Assembly: GCA_965113315.1 (NCBI GenBank)
Contig: OZ220371.1
Reading direction: 5' to 3' (one strand)
Origin: Podarcis vaucheri
Taxonomy: Eukaryota
DNA: 64,000 nucleotides
Both the position numbers and the translations under genes were made by a program. The notes below the pieces were generated by a model that was not told the DNA's origin, searched no databases, and worked only from the letters and a program-made list of their open reading frames with translations. Shown in pieces: positions 25,440-36,243 of this stretch (its first letter is position 1; the number at the start of each line of letters is the position of its first letter).

Positions 25440-26470
25440 TTTCCTCCTTGAATGTGGTGGACCCAAGGGGTGGTGCCAGCGATCTTCACAGCTGTGGGTG
25501 TGGAGAGCAGATGGGCCCTTCCAGCACGGTTGCAGTGGTGCCTGGGACCAGTCTTATCCACACCTCGTCACTTGGCTCAAACTGGTCACGCAAGGAGTTC
25601 GGGCCTGGGTCCACCTGTTGAGAGAGAGAATCTCGAGAGAGAGACTGTACATAATTGTTCAATTCCACATCTTGAGCAGGTGAAAGCATGCACACATAAG
25701 GAACCGGTCTCCCAAACATCACTTCAAAAGGGTGACAAGTGAATACGTTTCAATGGGAGGCTACAGACTCTAAGCAAAGCCAAGGGCAACATGAACACCC
25801 AATTAGACCCGGTTTCCTGTGTCAGCTTGGACAGCTGATTCTTTAGAGTCCTGTTTATTCTTTCCACCTTTCCATAACTCTGGGGTCTATAAGCAGTATG
25901 CAGCTTCCAATTGATCTAGAGCGCTTTAGCCAGTCCCTGTAGGACTACATGAACGAATGCTGGTCCATTATCAGATCCTATGGACCTTGGCAATCCATAG
26001 CGAGGGATGATTTCCTTAAGCAGGCACCTGGTTACTTCAATTGCCTTTTCAGTCTTTGTTGGCCATGCTTCGACCCATCCGGTGTAAGTGCACACTGCCA
26101 CCAGCAGGTAGCGACATAATCCACAACGGGGTAATTCAGTGAAGTCTACCACAAGATCTTCCATTGGTGCAGTTCCACTGTGCTGAACTCCCGGGGGAGC
26201 CAGTGGTCCGGTTCTGGGATTATTCTTTTGACATAGCAGGCATTTTCTGGAAACCTGGGCTGCCAGTTGATAAAGGTGGGTTATATAGAAGCACTTTGCC
26301 AGCTGCTTGGTGGTAGCATCTGGTCCCATGTGGGTTGACTCATGGTATCTCTGAGTTATCTGCCGAGACAGGGACTCTGGAATCCATATCCTGTCATCAG
26401 GGGTGAGGTACCATCCTTCTTTGGTCAATGTCAGCTCCTAGGCATCTGCAGTGTCCCTTTCCTGTTGTGT
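25440..26470 (-). pseudogene. pol: Retroviral integrase with premature stops and frameshifts
   Basis: HESTH...CLLC, VDFTE, SDNGPAF, in-frame TAG at 25916-25918, then [23 protein letters not shown]; C-terminal PTAVKIAGTTPWVHH. Confidence 0.93.
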
Positions 26471-27443
26471 GTAAGCCGGCTTGTCAGCGGTGCTTAAAAT
26501 TTCTTCTGGGATCAGTGCTCCAATGATCGGAGCTGGGGCCAGTTCCCGGGCTGCTTCCTTGGCCACCTTGTCTGCCAGTCGATTTCCTCTGGCCACTTCC
26601 CCTGGTCCAGTTGTGTGTCCATAACAATGGATAACCGCTACTGCTTCGGGCTCCCATACAGCATCCAGAAGGTTCAATAAGGCTTGTGGGTGGGCCACCT
26701 GGTTTCCTCTGGAGGTAAGCAAACCTCTTTCTTTCCATAAGGCTCCATGGGCATGTAAAGTCAGGAATGCATACTTAGAATCTGTATAAATGTTTATTTT
26801 CTGATCCTTCGCCAGGCTCAGGGCTCTGGTAAGCGCAGTTAGTTCCGCCAGCTGGGCCGATGTTCCAGGTGGGAGTGACTTTGCTTCAATCACCTGGTCT
26901 TCCAGGGCTACCACTGCATAGCCTGCCTTCCGCTGCCCAGCCTCGTTTGCCTCGTCTTTGAGATCAGGCCTGCTGGAATATACTTCGTCCATTACTTCAA
27001 TGCAATCGTGCATCTGCTCCTCACCTTCTCCTACCGGCAACAGGGTAGCTGGGTTGAGGGCAGTGGTGACTTGGAACTTCAAACGTGGGTGCAACAATAA
27101 CATCTGACACTTTCTCATCTTTGCTTGGGAGAGAAAATAGGTACCCTTCATGTCAAGCAGTGCTGGGACTGCGTGTGGAGTCACACAAACAGTGTCTTGA
27201 CCAAAAGTAAATTTGTCTGCTTTGTTCAGTAGGGTGGCTACTGCCACAATCACTCTCATACGGGGGGGGCAACCTCTGTTCTGTTGGGGTTAGCTTCTCT
27301 GACAAGTATGCGACAGGTTGCTGCCAATTTTTCAGTTTCTGGCATAAGACTCCCTTGGCTACCCCTTGGTCTTCATCTATGAACAGGGTAAAAGGCTTCT
27401 TGGGGTTTGGATGCCAAGCACTGGGGCTTGTTAGCAATGCTTC
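26438..27443 (-). pseudogene. pol: RT connection domain and RNase H remnant
   Basis: ALLT..P..KPFTLFIDE..GVAKGVL.QKL..W..PVAYLS; LNPATLLP; SAQLAELTALTRAL; IYTDSKYAF; GNRLAD. The first RNase H motif (TDGSS) is deleted. Confidence 0.92.
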
Positions 27444-28541
27444 TGTAGTTAGTAGTGAGTCCAGGGGATATTGTTCATCATCACAAGTGGGATTATAGGT
27501 TTTTTTAAAAAAAATCCCTTCAAACAATTCTACAATCTTTGCTGGATTCTCCTCAAAAGAGGGGTTCTGATCTCTCCAATTACAGACATCTGCACTTGAA
27601 AAGGGTATATGCTGTCTGTGGTGCCTTCGCTTGTCCAGCTGGGACAGGGGCTGGTGGATCATAAACTCTCCGAAGGGGCATTTCTCCGGCTGCCTGATCC
27701 TTCCTGGTTTTCTCATACTGTCTGTGAGACATAACTCTCTTCGCCGCCTGTCCCCACTTCCTCTTTTCAGGGGTGTAGCATTTCTGTTGCCTCAACTAAC
27801 AAGGGACTCACATCCAACTTCTCCCTCAAATGGCTTTACAAACTCCTTTAGTCTCTTTTTCTGTTTTTCTGTCCACATTTTCTTTCCTTGATTCATATCA
27901 TCTAGTGTCTTCCTAAACTCTTCGTTATCTTCCTCATCTTCCTCTTCTTCCGTCTCACTATCTTCCTTCGCAGGTCCTCCTCCCCCTACACCAGCACCTC
28001 CCTGTGCTTCTTGATCTTGGCCTGGGGGGGGGTTGGAGGGGGCTGTTGGTGGAGTGTAAGGTGGTGGCTTAATTACTCCCCTCTCCTCATCTTCTGGGTC
28101 TTCTAACACCAGAGGCTTCACTGTACAAATCCTGTTCTGTGTGTTGCTGTCACAGCAAGACTTTAGCCATGGTAGATTCTTTTCTTTTACATTGGTCTTC
28201 CATGTAGAGATATAGGGGATCTGGTTTGGGTGGACATTTAATATATTTTGCCACAGGGGGTTGATTTGCCACAGGGGGTTGATTAATTGCAAATCAAAGC
28301 CACGCAGTTCCCTGGGTTGGCAAGTCCACCTCACATAAAGTTCTGAGTCTCTGTTCTTTTCAATTTGAATCCCCAAATCATCACTCTTCGTGGCCGCTTT
28401 CCAGTTATTTAAAAAAAAACATTCAGATACTCTGCTCCTAACAGGGTTTCAAAATTCTCTCACACTCCACATGCTACATATTGTCAGAAAATGCACAACC
28501 TTACAATCGCTCGGCCAAGGGGACACTAAGCCTTGGCCCAC
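27444..28541 (-). pseudogene. gag: gag remnant (MA, late-domain region, N-terminal CA)
   Basis: HPNQIPYISTW (gammaretroviral MA motif), PPPY and PTAP, PFSSADVCNW..QNPSFEENP...NPTCDD (p30 N-terminus); stops and frameshifts; start position uncertain. Confidence 0.88.
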
Positions 28542-28891
28542 ACTTGACAATTCAGTCACTAGAGTATCTGACATGCAACATACAACATACAAAACACATC
28601 AATATAACACACTAAACACACCAAAATAACTCCAGCATGCAATACACCAAAATAATTCTGACATGCAACATGCCAAAAAAACACACACACACAATTCCCT
28701 CTGCCCCATTCCCTTTCCCAAACCTTACTGGCGCCCCATTCCCTTTCCCAAACCTTACCAATTCCTTTCCTGGTGGCACTCTTACTGCACGGGCACTGTA
28801 CTGCCAACTACCAGGTGAGGCTGATCAGGCCTCTCGCCCTTTCCATCGGGCCCCTAGCCCTTTCCCTCGGGCCCCTAGCCCTTTCCCTTGG

Positions 28892-28900
28892 GCTTACCTT
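28892..28900 (-). promoter_or_regulatory. Putative major splice donor in the proviral leader
   Basis: Minus strand AAG|GTAAGC, about 200 nt downstream of the PBS and upstream of gag. Confidence 0.6.
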
Positions 28901-29093
28901 TTTCCGCTGCGGACCTGTCCCCTTGGCGCCGTTCTGTCCTCTTATTCTCCCTCAACTAGATGTCTCCGCTCCAGGACGGTGTGGCAATCTCCCCCTACAA
29001 ACTGGCAGGGTGTGCACCGGAAATGCGAACGCCGATTGGAGCTGTTCACCTTGGTTGAGCCTGGCCCTCCGGTCCATATTGGGGAGGGGGCTT

Positions 29094-29111
29094 ATCCCGG
29101 ACGAGCCCCCA
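29094..29111 (-). promoter_or_regulatory. Primer binding site, tRNA-Pro
   Basis: Minus strand TGGGGGCTCGTCCGGGAT, the canonical MLV-type tRNA-Pro PBS. Confidence 0.95.
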
Positions 29112-29117
29112 GAGAGA

Positions 29118-29785
29118 TGAAGCCTTATTTACCTAGGGATCCATTAGCCACGCCATCCCCTGGACCTCGGAGGGAACAAAAGTACCAGGAAAGCAAAAAT
29201 CTTCTTTGGAGAAAAGAGTTTATTGAAAATCTGTGCACAGAGACAAGGTCTGTACTCAGAGACAACCAGCTGGATAGTTCCTGAAAATACACTGGCTGTA
29301 AAGCAAGTCACTTCAGCACACTTTCTTATACCCGCAGACTTCCCCAATCGGCTAGCAAATATTGCTTGCTAAACACAAAATATTGCCTGCTAGACATTCC
29401 TGTCTTTCTGCTAAGCCAAGCACTCCCTTCCACCTCCTTGTACACGTGTCTTCTTTTGCTAGCTAAGCTTTCCCTTCGTATCTCTTCCTATTCTTGCATT
29501 ACTAAGCAGAAGTAAAGCAGGAAACATCTTGCTAGTGGTTTTCTAGTTAACAGCAGTTTCTGGCTAGGCAGGAAGCGACCTTCTGACCTGTAGCTAACAT
29601 CAGCAGTTTCAAATAGCTGGTTAGGCAGGAAATGGACTTTTGCCCTGCCAGCCAAATTTAGCACAGTCACTGGCGGCGTGCTAACTGTCTGGCCAAAATT
29701 TGCAGAAGTTGCAGAAGTAAGATTTCTTAGGTACAGAATACAAAGCACAGAAAATATTGAGAGAAACCTTTCCCATCTTCCTTTA
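29118..29785 (-). repeat. ERV 5' LTR
   Basis: 668 bp, same as 22948-23615, adjacent to the PBS. Confidence 0.95.
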
Positions 29786-30569
29786 AAATAATTTAATTCC
29801 CCCCTTTTCCCGTTCGATTTCCCACCCCACCCCTTACCCTGCCCTGTGGGAAGATTCTCCCTGTATCTGTGGCTTGCCTTTCCCAATAGTGAGAGAGCCC
29901 CCCGTTAGGGGCTTTCTTTCGCAAAAAGGTTTCCCCCATTTCTCTTGTTGAAATTGTGTGGCTAGTCAGGGCTGTTCCCAGCTTAGCTGGTATCACTTTC
30001 GTTTATAGTATCCCCGAAGGTTGGCTTTATGGCTCTCTGTGCCTCCAAGGACTATGAGCACTCTGTATATGCTCTTGAACTATGCTGTTTCTGAACAAGT
30101 TTATTTTCCTTAAGCGGCCCATTTGTGATAAAATAACTTTGGGTTTCTTGAAGGGGTGCTTCCCTCTAAAAGGGCAAGCAGGGGTACCTGGACAAGCTAG
30201 GGGCTACCTCAACTCTGCTATTTCACTGGAAACATTTATGCCTGGCCTAGCAGGTGATCCTAGGGCTTTGCCCTAGAATTCGATGGCCTGGAAGTGTTTC
30301 TGGCCTGAATAGTGTCCCCATGTGGTCCATGAAGCATTGGTTTCACTGGGTCAGCGGATAGTGCCGGTAATGCCTAGGTTGCAGGATTGGTCCCTGTATG
30401 GGACAGCTGCATGCTCCCCCATTGCTCTACCTGGACACTTAGGTCCTTTTGGTGGTTACCTCACTGCGAGGGATGTAACAGGCGCCACATTTGCAATATG
30501 CAACTGGGAGAAAGCACCTTTGCGTGCCCGCATTGCAGTTTGCGTTGCAGAGCACGGCGCTGCACGGGC

Positions 30570-31057
30570 TGCAATTGCATTGCATTGCTAGGAGATTTGC
30601 AGTTGCATTGCACGGAGCGTGTGTGCATTGCATGGAGGGTGTGTGTGCATTGCACAGAGTGTGTAGTCGCATTGCATGGAGTGTGTTGTTGCATTGCACA
30701 GAGTGTGTTTTTTGCATTGCACGGAGTGTGTGTGCATTGCACGGAGTATGTAGTTGCATTGAACGGAGGGTGTGTGCAGTGCACGGAGTGTGTAGTTACA
30801 TTGCATGGAGTGTAGTTACATTGCATGAAGGGTGTGTGCATTGCAGGGAGTGTGTTTTGCATTGCACGGAGTGTGTAGTTGCATTGAACGGAGTGTGTAG
30901 TTGCATTGCACGGAGGGTTTGTGTGTGCATTGCACGGAGTGTGTAGTTGCACTGCACAGAGCGTGTTTTTTGCATTGCACGGAGTGTGTAGTTGCATTGC
31001 ATGGAGAGTGTGTGCACTGCACGGAGTGTGTTTTTTGCATTGCACAGAGTGTGTGTC
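30570..31057. repeat. Minisatellite, ~21 units of 20-24 bp with core TGCATTGCACGGAGTGTG
   Basis: Directly visible tandem array with variable tails (tagt / tg / ttttt). Confidence 0.95.
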
Positions 31058-31227
31058 TGAAAAGGAAGCTGGCTCGGCGGCAGCTTGGTTGGGACTTCTT
31101 TAGGGGTTCTGGCCAGCGTCGGCCCTGTAAATTTACATATCATGTTGGCAGCACAAGATGCCCACTGCCCAAGCGGGGGCTGGAAGCTGGCAAGCAATAG
31201 CTCAATACCTTTTGCCCATATTCCCAT

Positions 31228-31375
31228 TTTATTTAGGGATCCAGTTGGATATCGTTGCTAAAACATACCACTTGCCTATGGAGAAGCTGTCTGCCTTGAA
31301 GGAAGTTATTTTGTAATACTTCCTCTGTAGCAAGTGATGCTTCACCAGATCCGATCTTGCTGGGTCACTTAACTA
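31228..31375 (+). pseudogene. DIRS/Ngaro reverse transcriptase C-terminal remnant
   Basis: YLGIQLDIVAKTYHLPMEKLSALKEVI...LLGHL resembles the DIRS RT motif FLGI.LD.....LP.EK...LLGHL. Confidence 0.75.
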
Positions 31376-32039
31376 ATCTTCCCACTAGGCCAGGCTGCCT
31401 AGATTTCACCCCTCCCATATCCAAGAATCTCCTGAGGAGTCTGCTGATTCTCCAGAGAGGAGGAGGCGTGTTCTGGTCTCTACTTATTCTGCTCCAGCAC
31501 CAAATCAGTCAGTCAGTCAGTCAGTGTCGGAGAGGGAGAGAGGCTGAGTGTTAGAGATCATGTGTAGAGATAAGGTTGCTGCTAAGGGCAGCTGCAGACA
31601 CTCAGTGCAGTGCAGCATTTATTTATACTTAGACCTATTAAGCTCTGTATATAGTTTGTATAGTTGTAGATAGAATAAAGAAGATATTCTACAGAGCTGC
31701 TCTCCGAGTTGTTTATATGCTCTGCTAGACTCTGCTGTGCGACGACTGTCTTCTTGTGGGAGTGAATCTGGTGCTCACAACTCTAAGCTGTGAGTCCACA
31801 GCACTTTGACCTGTTCCTGTGCAGAAGGTGGTCTCTGGAAGTGCTACCCAGCTCGCCTAGCCCAGTTGGGGCTGAAGTGGATGAGTCCAGTTGGTGGCAC
31901 TGGCTCAAGGGCGATGCTGACAGAGGTCCCCTTACCTTTGTGTATGCCTACCAAGTGTGGTGAAGGCAGATATCAGGCGATGGTAGCAATTCCTGAATGT
32001 ATGCAATAGTAGTTCGCCATGGCAGGATACCTTGAACCC

Positions 32040-32400
32040 GCACAGGGATTTTCAGGTTCATGCTGGTGCTGCTGGATCTTTGCCCTTTGGTTTTTTATTT
32101 CAAGGGCTGCTGGTGTGCAAAGCTATGGCCTCAAGCCAGGTGTGGTGAGGCAATCATGTGACATAACTTTTCTTGAGTTTTCCCCATTGTAGTAGCAGTT
32201 CACATGTGGCCCGAGGAGTTCAGTGACCATCGGATCTGCTTTTGGTCTGATAACCAGGTAGTGGTGAGGTCTTGGCAAAACAGTCCTCACACTCTAGCAC
32301 AGTTTCCGCCCCTCCGCTCATGCTTTCAAGCTGCGCCACTTAAGGTTTAATATTGTGCTTTCTACGCTCCAAATTACACTGACACACTATCCGATTTTCA
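32040..32400 (+). pseudogene. DIRS/Ngaro RNase H remnant
   Basis: VHAGAAGS..FG..FKGCWC...W...DITFLEF.PIVVAVHMW...ICFWSDNQVVV, read across frameshifts. Confidence 0.8.
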
Positions 32401-32547
32401 GATGAAGCGCTTCAGATCCTGGGCTCCAGACTCAGCTATTGCCAGACTTTTCCAGACCACCTGTGGCATTTTGACAACAATTAGTAATTACAGAGAGCGG
32501 CAGTTTCCATTTCCCCTTTTGCTTTTACCCCTTATGGGAAGGCCTGG

Positions 32548-33345
32548 ATGGATTTCTTAGCCTTAAGCTGGCAGTTCTCGGCCATTCAGAAGAATTGGCC
32601 CCCATCCTCTGAGCAGATCCTGCAGTATTTGGTCCACCTGCTGCAGATTGGGCATGCGGTTATAACTATCCGAATTCAGTCCGCTGCAATGTCTGTTACA
32701 TTGAAGCTTTATTTTTCAGAGACCCTTGTATAAAGTTTGCAGTGCGCAGGGCCTTGGAAGGTTGGAACCTCCAACCTCATAGGACAGTGGGCGGGAAGTC
32801 GGTCAATTTTTTACCTATGCAGTATCTGCAACAAGTTAAAACTTGTCTGCTGGTTAAAGATCAAGGTGAGACTCCTTTCAGCAGTCCATTGCATTTTCGC
32901 ACTGAGGGTTGGAAAAACGGTTGTTGGAGCCAGCACGGGGCTGAGAGTCTGGAGGCTTATTGCTTCTGGACTTTTCCTTATCCTTTGGAGCTTGTCATTA
33001 GAGTTGGTAACTCTAAAACAGACTTAGTGGGCAGGAGTGCTACAATCAGGCTTCCCGCCACAGGTGAGGAGGGCCCTTGCTCGGATAACAGAATATTTGG
33101 CTTTTTATTCCCTGGGGGCTTGCCCGCTCCTAGTGCATGAAAATGGGTTCCCGTTAGCCAGGCATCAATGTGCTTACGTCGTGTACCAGTTATTACAGCC
33201 TGCGGCTTGCTTACCGCTGAACACTCCTCATTCCTTACGATTAGGTGCTGCTGCAAAGGCTGCACACTGGGGGCCTGCCAGTAGACAGGATTGTGAATAC
33301 GGGTCATTGGAAGTCTGACGCTGACAAGGGTTATATCAGGAAGTG
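32548..33345 (+). pseudogene. Tyrosine recombinase remnant
   Basis: ALEGW, FALRVG, SKTD, TPHSLRLGAA and GHWKSDA..GYIR motifs spread over three frames. Confidence 0.88.
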
Positions 33346-33394
33346 TCACAGTGATGTCTGTGCTGATGCTTGTCTGTTATTTTCCTTTTTTCAT

Positions 33395-35400
33395 AAGAGC
33401 AGCTGTGCACATTTGGGCCACAGCATTGTACACTAGGCTGGCAAGCATGTTGACGGGTTTGGACTGGGGCGCCATCTCAGTCTTCCTGCCCATGTGAACA
33501 TATACAGGATGTCTAGATGGGGAATGCTTTGGGAGGAGATCCTTCCTTTGGTGCGGTCGAGTGTGACCTGTGCAGGTCCTCCCGCAGTGCTGGTGGTACA
33601 GCTGTGCGAGAATGTTTGCTGTCTTCCTCCAGCATAAGTTTGCATTCCTGCATGCAAGAGGGCTTGGATTGAGTTGATGGCAGCTCTCCCTGGACTCAAA
33701 ATAATTTAAGGCATTGGTTCAAGGTGGTCTGGAGGGGGGGTTGGAGCACCTGTCCCCTCCAATGCGCAAAGATGTTCCATTAAGGGAATCCAAGGATTCG
33801 CCATGCTTTTGTCGACCCCTTTTGAGGGGTAGGGCCATGCAAGAGTCCCTGGGAGCATTTGGGGTGAGCTTGAGTCCGATCCTGGTTCATTGCTCCCCCA
33901 TGCTGTTTACTGGAACTGACGATATGGTGGGGCCCAGTCGTCAGTGCTGCCCTGCTGAGGTCAGGTGCAGCTAGTCGGGACCCAGTGCCTAGACAAACTA
34001 CCACCGAGCAGGCCAGAAAGCATGTTAATAAGGCGGTGGATAATAGAATAAAATAAAGAAAATAAATAAAGTAAATAAAATAAAATAGGTCCTTGCTTTA
34101 GGTGGTTCTGTAATATTGCACCCTCCTAATTTTCTTCAAGGCTGTTGCCCTCTTTAGGGCAGATGGGGTGCATCTGTCCCCTATGGGGAACGACACCTGG
34201 CGGGATGCGATTGCCTTGGGATTCATTGCTCCCCCACAATGTTTGCTGGTACTGACGATATGGTGGGGCCCAGTCGTCAGTGCTGCCCTGCTGAGGTCAG
34301 GTGCAGCTAGTCGGGAACCAATGCCTAGACAAACTACCACCAAGAAGGCCGGAAAGCTTGTTAATAAGGCAGTGGAAATAAAATACAGGTCGTTGGAAAT
34401 CGAATGCATTCAAAGGTTATGTTCGTTAACATTATTGGTGTCTTACAATTTTTGCTTGTTTTATCTTAGGTTTAGCAGCTGTCCGCATCTGGATGGCGGT
34501 GCACAGCATCATGCATTGGGCTGGCATCAGTGCACGGCAGTCCGGATTGGGACCGGGTCTCGGCCTTCCTCCATGTGCAGTTGCCTTGGCTGTCCAGACG
34601 GGGAATGCGCCGGCCAGAATTCCTGCCGCTGATTCGGAGGCAGGTGCTGCTGGAAGGGCCGCCCACTGCTGTTGGGGTGCAGCTGGGTGAGAATGACCTG
34701 TGTGGCCATGGACTGTTTTTCGCTACGTGCTGCGATTTTGGGTGACCTGGAGACGCTGCGGGCAATGGTGCCAACAGCAAAAAATTTTCTGATCAAAGCT
34801 TTTGCAACGACGCATTTGGAGGGGCAGTCGTTGCCCAGCTGCCACTGAAAGGGCCAGAAAACTCATCAATTCTGCTGTTTCAAAAGATTTTTGAGCTGGG
34901 TGGAGATGTGATTTCCCACCCCGAGATTCTTTTTGAGAGGCCATCCTTTTTCCGAGCTGATGGCGTGCACCTTTCTGCTTCAGGGAATGAGGCTTGGATA
35001 GGTGCGGTGGTGGCCAAGCTGAGGTCTTGGTTTAATACAGCTGGGAGAGAACGACCTGGTGGCTATGCGCCGTTCTTCACTGCGTGCTGCAATTTGGATG
35101 GACTTGGGGACATTGCGGGCAATGGTGCCTACAGCAATGATATTTTGGTCTCAGCTTTTGCAACGATGCGTCTGGAGGGGCAGTCGTTGCCCAGTCGCCA
35201 CAGAAAGGGCCAGAAAGCGCATCAATTCTGCTGTGACACACCGGATTGCTGAGCTGGGTGGAGATGTGATTTCTCACCCTGCGATTCTTTTTAAGATGCC
35301 ATCCTTTTTCCGAGATGATGGCGTGCACCTTTCTGCTTCAGGGAATGAGGCTTGGTTAGGTGCGGTGGCTGCCAAGCTGAGGTCTTGGTTGGGGCTGTGA
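33395..35400 (+). pseudogene. Tandem SGNH/GDSL-like hydrolase remnants (about 2.5-3 copies)
   Basis: GHSIVH / VHSIMHWA (block I-like), VQLGENDL (block III), and FRADGVHLS / FRDDGVHLS (DxxH) at ~34155, ~34955 and ~35315. Confidence 0.82.
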
Positions 35401-35428
35401 GTGGTTTGGCGGTGAGCTGGAGGCTCCA

Positions 35429-35849
35429 TGGCGGTTAGGCATTGGTTAATTGGTGCTTGGAGGGGTAAGTGCCTACCCCTCCAAATGATGCGGAAAGGGA
35501 ATTCCGTTAAAGGAATCCAGGGGCTTGCCATTCTTTTGTCCTTGTCCGTGGAGCCGGACTTGGGCCGTGCAAGCCCCACCGGAACATGAGGGTCAGAAGT
35601 GAGGGCTTGTTTCCCGGCCTCCCTTCTATCCAATACTTGTTTCCCACGCTGGCTTCCGGTGGAGTCCGGAAGGGCCAGCCCTGTCCTTGAGGGCCAGGAC
35701 AGATAGTCATAACCAATGCCTAAGCAACCACTCACAATTTTTTGTATTTTGAATAAAGTTGTGGCCAAAATTATGCCAAAAACCTTAAACAAAATTGATG
35801 TGTGAAGTGTGTAATTATTTGGGGGGTGGCACTGTGGAACTCAACACGC
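35429..35849 (+). repeat. Ngaro split direct repeat B1
   Basis: 421 bp; one mismatch seen versus B2; AATAAA at 35752. Confidence 0.93.
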
Positions 35850-35852
35850 AAA

Positions 35853-36243
35853 GCGTGTTCTCCCTAACAGAGAGCACGTGTTGCGGTTGGGGAACAGGCC
35901 GCCCAGCCATGACTAGGCAAATTAATCTGCAACCCTGGCCTTTAGGGTTAATCGGGTTGCTGGGGGAATATGATTGTTACCAATTTGGAGGAGGAGTCAG
36001 AAGCTTTAAATAGAAGGGCCAGACGTAGGGACGTCCTCTTGGCCGTTTTGCATCGGATCACCCGCCCTCCCTCCCTTTAATAGGGGGGTTTTTTATTTAA
36101 GCTGATCGCTTGACCTTGCTATGCCTGTCATGGTGTCGTTCGCCTTGGTGCGGGGGCACGGTAGGAATTTTGCCATCTGGCTGACTGGCTGGTGCCATTT
36201 GGTTTTTGCCTACTGCGTAGCAAATCGTCACAACTTGTAAGGT
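35853..36243 (+). repeat. Ngaro split direct repeat A2
   Basis: First 209 bp match A1; the remainder has no counterpart at the 5' end. Confidence 0.85.

Larger units (their letters stand above)
22948..29785 (-). mobile_element. Endogenous retrovirus (class I, gammaretrovirus-like), defective provirus
   Basis: Two 668-bp LTRs, 4-bp TSD aaat (22944-22947, 29786-29789), PBS-Pro, PPT, and gag/RNase H/integrase homology on the minus strand. Confidence 0.96.

Noticed and set aside
28637-29284. 215-aa plus-strand ORF as an antisense viral gene
   Set aside because: It spans the GC-rich leader, short tandem duplications and the LTR; low complexity and no motif support.
30570-31057. CRISPR-like array, or Cys/His-rich proteins from the overlapping ORFs
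   Set aside because: The units are contiguous with no unique spacers, there are no cas genes and the context is eukaryotic; the ORFs are just translations of the repeat.
33909-33950. Hammerhead ribozyme (CTGACGA within a hairpin, duplicated at ~34251)
   Set aside because: actgacga pairs with tcgtcagt, but no GAAA core or three-stem arrangement follows on either strand.
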